DNA of 64,000 nt from Spirochaetia bacterium (GTDB lineage: Bacteria; Spirochaetota; Spirochaetia; DSM-27196; Salinispiraceae): positions 131,624-195,623 of the forward strand of contig JBBRCZ010000005.1 of assembly GCA_038204425.1 (NCBI GenBank), read 5' to 3'. The position numbers were made by a program, and so were the translations under genes. Position 1 is the stretch's first letter. Each line of letters opens with the position of its first letter. The notes below the pieces were generated by a model, which made no database searches, was not told the DNA's origin, and was given only the letters and a program-made list of their open reading frames with translations. Below, one piece after another: positions 58,704 to 64,000 of the stretch.

Positions 58704-59273
58704 GCGCAACTCGGCGTTGTCGGCGTTGCCATCGAGCAAGCCAATTTTCCTTTGGAGCTTTGGTGAATAGTCAAAATAGCGAACAATCATAGAAATTGGC
58801 TTTCTCTTTTTGCCATAAATAATTCCAAACTATCACTGCACTTTTTCGGACGTGGGGGAGGGTGGTACTCTGAAGCATTTGCAAAGATCGCTTGACGGGT
58901 TCTCGCATCAATCACCCAACTCGCCAAAGGGTTTCAAACGACTCTCACTGGAGGCACCTACAGGTTAGTGTTCGGTCACGACGGTAACCTCCGAGGAGAG
59001 AGAAGGGAAGTCGCACCTGACACGGAGTCCACAACAGGTTTCAGCTTAGAAAACGTCTTATCTCCACGAGACTACCGTCTGAGAAAAAGACATGGCTACA
59101 AACACCCTAAGGAGTTATTCTATAAAGATCTATAAACGTTGCACTTATTGCTTGAATTTTGGGACGACGGTGCTCATAAGTTTGAAAGATACTGCTCCAG
59201 CACGCAGCATCTACGCACTTTTAGTAATTTTTGATATTTGCCTTTTTTAATTACTATAACCATCTTCTTTCTT

Positions 59274-60269
59274 ATGCAAAAAATAAAGTTGGCTCGCGCA
59301 GTCTCGGCGATTGCGGGAATTTATTCAAACAAGTCAAAGACTAAAAAACCGCTTTGTGCCAAGCTGATCGCCAATCCGGAATCGGGAGATGCCGAGACCG
59401 GCCCGCAACGTTTGGATCTGGCGGTGCGCTACCTTACCAAGCACGGAATGAAAGTTGACGTCGCCTACGCGGCACCTAAGGAAGCAGCTGCCGGCATAGC
59501 TCGAAAGGCCACGAAAGCAGGTTACGATATTATTATCGCGATGGGCGGTGATGGCACTCTCGGCGAAGTCGTTCGTGGAATGGTTGGTTCGAGGTTGACT
59601 TTGGGAATTATTGTTGGTGGAACCATGAACGATATCGCGGCTAGCTTGGGTATACCCGAAGACGTCCAAGCCGCGTGCGAATTGATCATTTCGGGCCAAA
59701 CCCGCCGATTGGACCTAGGGAGGATTACCACTAGGCAACATAGGAAATTCCATTTCATTATGGTAGCGGTTATTGGGCTGACCGCAACGATGTTTCCATT
59801 GGTCAAACAAATCCCCAAGGGCAAGCTGACTTCAATTTGGCAAGCAATTACCACCTTCTTCAACTACAAAACCCAAGTCGAGATGTCACTAACTCTCGAT
59901 GATGAAAGCAAAATTACAGTCAAGTCAATGATGGTAACGGTTGCAAATACCCCACTGATCGCTTCCAAAAACCTAGTGGCTCCAGACGCCTCGATGGAGG
60001 ATGGCTTGTTTGACATTTCGGTTTTTCCTAATTTCAGCAAGGCCGAAATACTATCCTATTTTGCCAGAACCGCCAACGAAGGCTTGATACCAGACGGAAA
60101 ACTCCAACGCTTTCGTGCCCAAAAAATTGTGGTTAAATCCAACCCAAAACTTGAGGTCGCGGCCGACGGAGTTTCACTGGGAACTGGCAAGGCGGTGATC
60201 AAGATTTGCCCCCAAGCACTGCGAGTCTTTGCTCCTGCCGCAAAGTTGTCAATGACTAAAAAAGCGTGA
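59274..60269 (+). CDS. Diacylglycerol-kinase-family (YegS/BmrU) lipid kinase
   Basis: LIANPESG, MGGDGTLGEV, GGTMNDIA.SLGIP, APDASMEDGLFD, ADG. Confidence 0.88.
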   Translation: MQKIKLARAVSAIAGIYSNKSKTKKPLCAKLIANPESGDAETGPQRLDLAVRYLTKHGMKVDVAYAAPKEAAAGIARKATKAGYDIIIAMGGDGTLGEVVRGMVGSRLTLGIIVGGTMNDIAASLGIPEDVQAACELIISGQTRRLDLGRITTRQHRKFHFIMVAVIGLTATMFPLVKQIPKGKLTSIWQAITTFFNYKTQVEMSLTLDDESKITVKSMMVTVANTPLIASKNLVAPDASMEDGLFDISVFPNFSKAEILSYFARTANEGLIPDGKLQRFRAQKIVVKSNPKLEVAADGVSLGTGKAVIKICPQALRVFAPAAKLSMTKKA

Positions 60270-60782
60270 AAAAAGCGGCCGTAGAAATTACGCATGGAAC
60301 GCCCCACGATGTTGTCCAACAGACGGCTGATGACCATAATCCGGAGCAGGCATCGCCAAGATTTAAAGCTATTCCGTATCAACTCAGCGTGGGGATTCTG
60401 ATCATAGTTTTTGGATTTCTTACAGTACTGGTGGTGACTATTTACGCTTTGGGGTATCGTTGGGAAGCCGTGGTTTCGCTTTTGGGGGCTGCTGTTCTTG
60501 AGTCGCTTAACTTGCTGGTCAAGTCACTCGTTCATCGCCCTCGCCCAAGCACAGATCTGATTCATGTGTTTTTTAATAATTTCGTTGTGGAAAGCGTCTT
60601 GGATTCGAACCTTGCTGCTGGTTGTGTTTTGTACCCAAGTTGCTCTGATCGGAATTTCGCGGATTTATTTAGGTGAACATTGGGCCAGCGACGTGCTGGG
60701 CGGCTACTTATTAGGTACTGTCTGTTTGATCCTTTTTATTTATTTTTATCGGTGGCGAAAATCATTACGTATTCTTCAATAA
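60266..60782 (+). pseudogene. PAP2-family phosphatase pseudogene (internal deletion and frameshift)
   Basis: Motif 1 KSLVHRPRP in one frame, motif 3 SRIYLGEHWASDV in another; motif 2 (PSGH) absent. Confidence 0.8.
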
Positions 60783-61012
60783 ATCCCTAATCTCCGTCAG
60801 TAGTTTAATATCAGCTGGAAGTCCAAGTTCTTAACGGGTTCAGAGCTTCAACTGTCCGCAAGACTCAAGACGGAAGTGGACCAACCGTCTACGAAGTTGT
60901 CACTCTTTCTTGAGGTCGATGTTTTCTTGTTTTAACTCTTGTTGCTTGTCTGCCACGATTCCCTTACCTCCCTGCGGCGGGCTATTCTTATGGGCCGAGT
61001 GTCGCTACGCGG

Positions 61013-61590
61013 TCAGGGGCGGACAACCCGAAACCCGATATTGAAGTTCTGGAAGTCCGGAAAGTAGCTGATCCGGATAGCCACGGTGCAGTAAGACGCA
61101 CCGTCGAGCATGCTGCCGCCGCGTATGAAGCGGACCGCGCCCGAAGCGGCTCCCATGGGATTAGTTTGGGCAGTTGTACTGTAACCTTCTTTCCAATCCC
61201 AGCACCATTCCCATACGCTACCGTATCAAGGTCATTACTACCCGAATACATGGTGCCATCCGGCTTCGCTCCGCCCCGGGCGGCGTATTCCCATTCCGCC
61301 TCCGTTGGCAGGCGGTAGCCAGTAGCCTTTGGATTAAGCGCGGCCCATCTGGAAGCTGCCACCGGCCACAGCAATCATGTCTATTGAATCGGCATTGGTT
61401 ACCTTGTCAGGGTTGACTATGTCAATATCCCATCTGGTGCCCCATTGAGGTATCGGAATCATAGCAATTTTTAACTCGCTACCAACCGGACTTTCGCCGA
61501 CTAAGCTATAGTTAAGACTGGCCGCTAAGGTTTTTGCCTTTGCTTGGATGGCTACGGATGAACGGCTTGCATTCTCATCACTTATCCCTC
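61013..61590 (-). pseudogene. FGE-sulfatase/CLec-fold protein pseudogene ending in a DGR-like variable region
   Basis: Three out-of-register pieces: MIAVAGGSFQMG (61378-61343), GYRLPTEAEWEYAARGG, and WEWCWDW...RFIRGGS...NIGFRVVRP* (stop 61013); normally intervening segments are missing; 5' limit approximate. Confidence 0.85.
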
Positions 61591-61611
61591 TGGGAGCAGG
61601 ACTTGATCACT

Positions 61612-61806
61612 ATGACCAACGACAACGTGTTCATCGAGGCCTGACACAAAACCTAGAAGTACACCGTCGGTTACCCTGCCGCCTTCACGTCTTTGGAACA
61701 CGCCCGTACTTGGTTGGCTGACTTTGTCGATAGTTACAACCACCGGCATATGCACTCGGGACTGGACTATGTCACTCCTTGGCAGGCCCAGACAGGTCAG
61801 GCAGAG
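61612..61806 (+). mobile_element. IS3-family transposase C-terminal remnant
   Basis: Manual translation TNDNVFIEA*HKT*KYTVGYPAAFTSLEHARTWLADFVDSYNHRHMHSGLDYVTP (DN..E, YN....HS.L.Y.TP); two in-frame stops. Confidence 0.8.
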
Positions 61807-62052
61807 GTTTCAATAATCCTGTGTGCCAAGAATCCAATCTCCATATTTCACAGGCCAGCTTGATCTAGCTTAAAGCGGTGAATGACCAGATCTTCCGGGT
61901 TAATAGCCATGTGCCACCCTCACCAACCAACGCAATTTTGCCCCACTCGGAATTTGTCAGCATAGTTTTCAACCGCCGCTCAGCTTTGCAAGCGTAGCGC
62001 TGTTTGCGACCAGCCCCTAGTCGCGTAAACATGCTTCTAAAGCGTAAGCATC

Positions 62053-62127
62053 AAGGGATTCTACCAAGGCAAGTCTGAAACCTTTAAGGGCTTTGAGTTT
62101 GTCGATCAATTAGTAGCCCTTCTACCG
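62053..62127 (+). mobile_element. Possible IS91-family transposase scrap
   Basis: KGFYQGKSETFKGFEFVDQLVALLP resembles the F..EF...L..H.P segment of Y2 transposases; very short. Confidence 0.35.
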
Positions 62128-62508
62128 TTTAGCCACGGTAAGTTACCGTCAAAGCCATCCTTCGATAGACCTGATGCCTAGGCAAAGCTCGGGCGAAAGA
62201 GTTGGGCACGGTTATTGCGGAATCGCTGCTAAGTAGACGCGCTGCTCGCTCATGCAGAACAGTATAGCATCCCAGAATCAGGGCTTATGCGGCTCCTCCG
62301 GGGATCTATGACCTCACGTTTCGTCGTATTTCCCCAAAACCAGGCATTGACAATTGAGCATGCAGGATTTATCGTTTTGAACGACGGTTGTCGGGAAATT
62401 TGGTAGGAATCGACAATTGGTTGGAGAAACCAGTCGTAGTTCAAGGCAAAACTCGATACCCGGCGGAAAATCGCCAAATTCCCGGAATGACAGTTCCTAT
62501 TGGTCAGT

Positions 62509-62607
62509 TTGCTCCCCAAGGAGAACCGCAAGGACCTCATAGAGATCCCGCGTCGCGTGCTCAAGGCGCTGCGGCTCGTACTAGTCGACCATATGGACGA
62601 CGTGCTC
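62509..62607 (+). pseudogene. Lon protease C-terminal fragment (GC-rich)
   Basis: Manual translation LLPKENRKDLIEIPRRVLKALRLVLVDHMDDVL matches the Lon tail pattern IP..N..DL.EIP..V...L....V....EVL. Confidence 0.65.
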
Positions 62608-62680
62608 GGGCGGCCGGTACTTGGTGCTCGAGTATCGCGAGGGCAAGCTGTTAAATAACAGCAAAGGAGAACCCCCGATA

Positions 62681-64000
62681 ATGGACCAGGCAACGCACAA
62701 CAAAATCGTCTCCTTCATTTGGGGCATCGCCGACGACGTCTTGCGCGACCTCTTTAAGCGCGGCAAGTACCCCGACGTCATCCTGCCGATGTGCGTCATC
62801 CGGCGCATGGACGCGGTCCTCGAGCCGACCAAGCAGAACGTCCTTAACACTAAGACGAATCTCGATGCTTGGGGCATCACCGAGCAGAGCGCCGCCCTGT
62901 GCGATGCCGCCGGCCAGGCCTTCTACAACACCTCGCAGTTCACGCTCCGCTACCTCAAGTCGCTCGGCAGCCAGCAGCAGTTGCTCGCCGACTTCGAGGA
63001 CTACCTGAACGGCTTTTCGCCCAACGTCCAGGACATCCTCGAGAACTTCAAGTTCCGTAACCAGCTCTCGACGCTCTCCAAGGCTGACGCCATCGGCACG
63101 CTGATCGGCAAGTTCCTCGATCCCACGATCGACCTGTCGCCCGCAGGGATCGACAACCACGCGATGGGCACGGTCTTCGAAGAACTCGTCCGCAAGTTCA
63201 ACGAGGAGAACAACGAGGAGGCGGGCGAGCACTGGACGCCACGCGACGCAGTGCGCCTGATGGCGAACCTCGTCTTCCTGCCCATCGAGAACGAGATCAA
63301 GTCGGGCACCTACCTGCTCTACGACTGCGCCTGCGGAACGGGCGGCATGCTCACCGTCGGTGAGGAGACGCTGACGAGCATTGCGGCGAAGCGCCAGCAG
63401 CAGGTCAAGGCCCTCCTCTACGGCCAAGAGATCAACCCCGAGACCTACGCCGTCTGCAAGGCGGACATGCTGCTCAAGGGCGAGGGCGAAAGCGCCGACC
63501 ACATCGTCGGCGGCGCCCAGTGGTCCACGCTTGCGCACGATGCCTTCCCCGCACAGGAGTTCGACTTCATGCTCGCCAACCCGCCCTACGGGAAGAGCTG
63601 GAAGAAGGACCTCGAAGCGATGGGCGGCAAGGACGGCATGCGCGACCCGCGCTTCAAGGTCATGCACGAGGGCGAGGAGCTGTCGCTCGTGACCCGCTCC
63701 AGCGACGGGCAGATGCTCTTTCTGGCCAACATGGCCTCGAAGATGAACGGCAAATCCGCGCTCGGCAGCCGCATCGCCGAGGTCCACAACGGCTCCTCGC
63801 TGTTCACTGGCGACGCGGGCCAGGGTGAGAGCAACAACCGCCGCCACATCATCGAGAGCGACTACCTCGAGGCGATAGTCGCCCTGCCGCTGATCATGTT
63901 CTACAACACCGGCATCGCAACCTACGTCTGGGTGCTCACGAACCGCAAGCCGGAGCACCGCCGCGGCGCGGTGCAGCTGATCGACGCGACGAAGTGGTTC
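62681..64000 (+). CDS. hsdM: Type I restriction-modification methyltransferase subunit (partial, runs off window)
   Basis: AAAGGAG RBS; MDQATHNKIVSFIWGIADDVLRD, EAGEHWTPRDAV, YDCACGTGGML, GQEINPETYA, LANPPYG, FYNTGIATY; open to window end, so absent from the ORF track. Confidence 0.95.
   Translation, partial: MDQATHNKIVSFIWGIADDVLRDLFKRGKYPDVILPMCVIRRMDAVLEPTKQNVLNTKTNLDAWGITEQSAALCDAAGQAFYNTSQFTLRYLKSLGSQQQLLADFEDYLNGFSPNVQDILENFKFRNQLSTLSKADAIGTLIGKFLDPTIDLSPAGIDNHAMGTVFEELVRKFNEENNEEAGEHWTPRDAVRLMANLVFLPIENEIKSGTYLLYDCACGTGGMLTVGEETLTSIAAKRQQQVKALLYGQEINPETYAVCKADMLLKGEGESADHIVGGAQWSTLAHDAFPAQEFDFMLANPPYGKSWKKDLEAMGGKDGMRDPRFKVMHEGEELSLVTRSSDGQMLFLANMASKMNGKSALGSRIAEVHNGSSLFTGDAGQGESNNRRHIIESDYLEAIVALPLIMFYNTGIATYVWVLTNRKPEHRRGAVQLIDATKWF

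Noticed and set aside
58896..59135. Stop-free plus-strand stretch (VLASITQLAKGFQ...ELFYKDL*) or structured RNA
   Set aside because: No convincing start or RBS and no recognisable protein or RNA motif; left unannotated pending BLASTX and Rfam.
60780..62680. Complete DGR cassette
   Set aside because: No reverse transcriptase or AAC-rich template repeat is visible. The short RBS-led ORF after the target (MADKQQELKQENIDLKKE*) cannot be identified as avd.
62651..63958. 435-aa minus-strand ORF
   Set aside because: Antisense shadow of the GC-rich hsdM; the plus frame carries all the methyltransferase motifs.

Overview
This is a spirochete chromosomal origin region. The gene order gyrB-gyrA divergent from dnaA-dnaN-recF-dciA-rpmH-rnpA-yidC-jag is Borrelia/Treponema-like, and there is a tRNA-Arg(GCG). 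Positions 1-57.3 kb are compact core genome: a MoxR/DUF58 trio, purL/purQ, lysA, an oriC with DnaA boxes and six perfect DnaA-trios, two parS sites (one built into the gyrA terminator hairpin), parAB, four tRNA-Ser plus tRNA-Arg plus SRP RNA, dnaX-ybaB-recR, gatCAB with a short non-discriminating AspRS, polyphosphate genes (ppx, ppk1, tandem ppk2) and thyX. The most striking locus (48.2-57.3 kb) interleaves homologues of the flavinylation-based extracellular electron transfer genes (NusG-II/EetA-like, ApbE/FmnB, Ndh2 with a C-terminal membrane domain, polyprenyl synthase) with carotenoid-tailoring genes (lycopene cyclase, CruF-like hydratase, CrtZ). From about 57.3 kb the sequence is an accessory, decaying zone. 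It holds a possible orphan integron cassette, a PAP2 pseudogene, a deleted FGE/CLec gene ending in a DGR-type variable repeat, IS3 and IS91-like scraps, a Lon C-terminal scrap, and a GC-rich type I R-M hsdM running off the window. All calls come from motif recognition by eye; no database searches were run.
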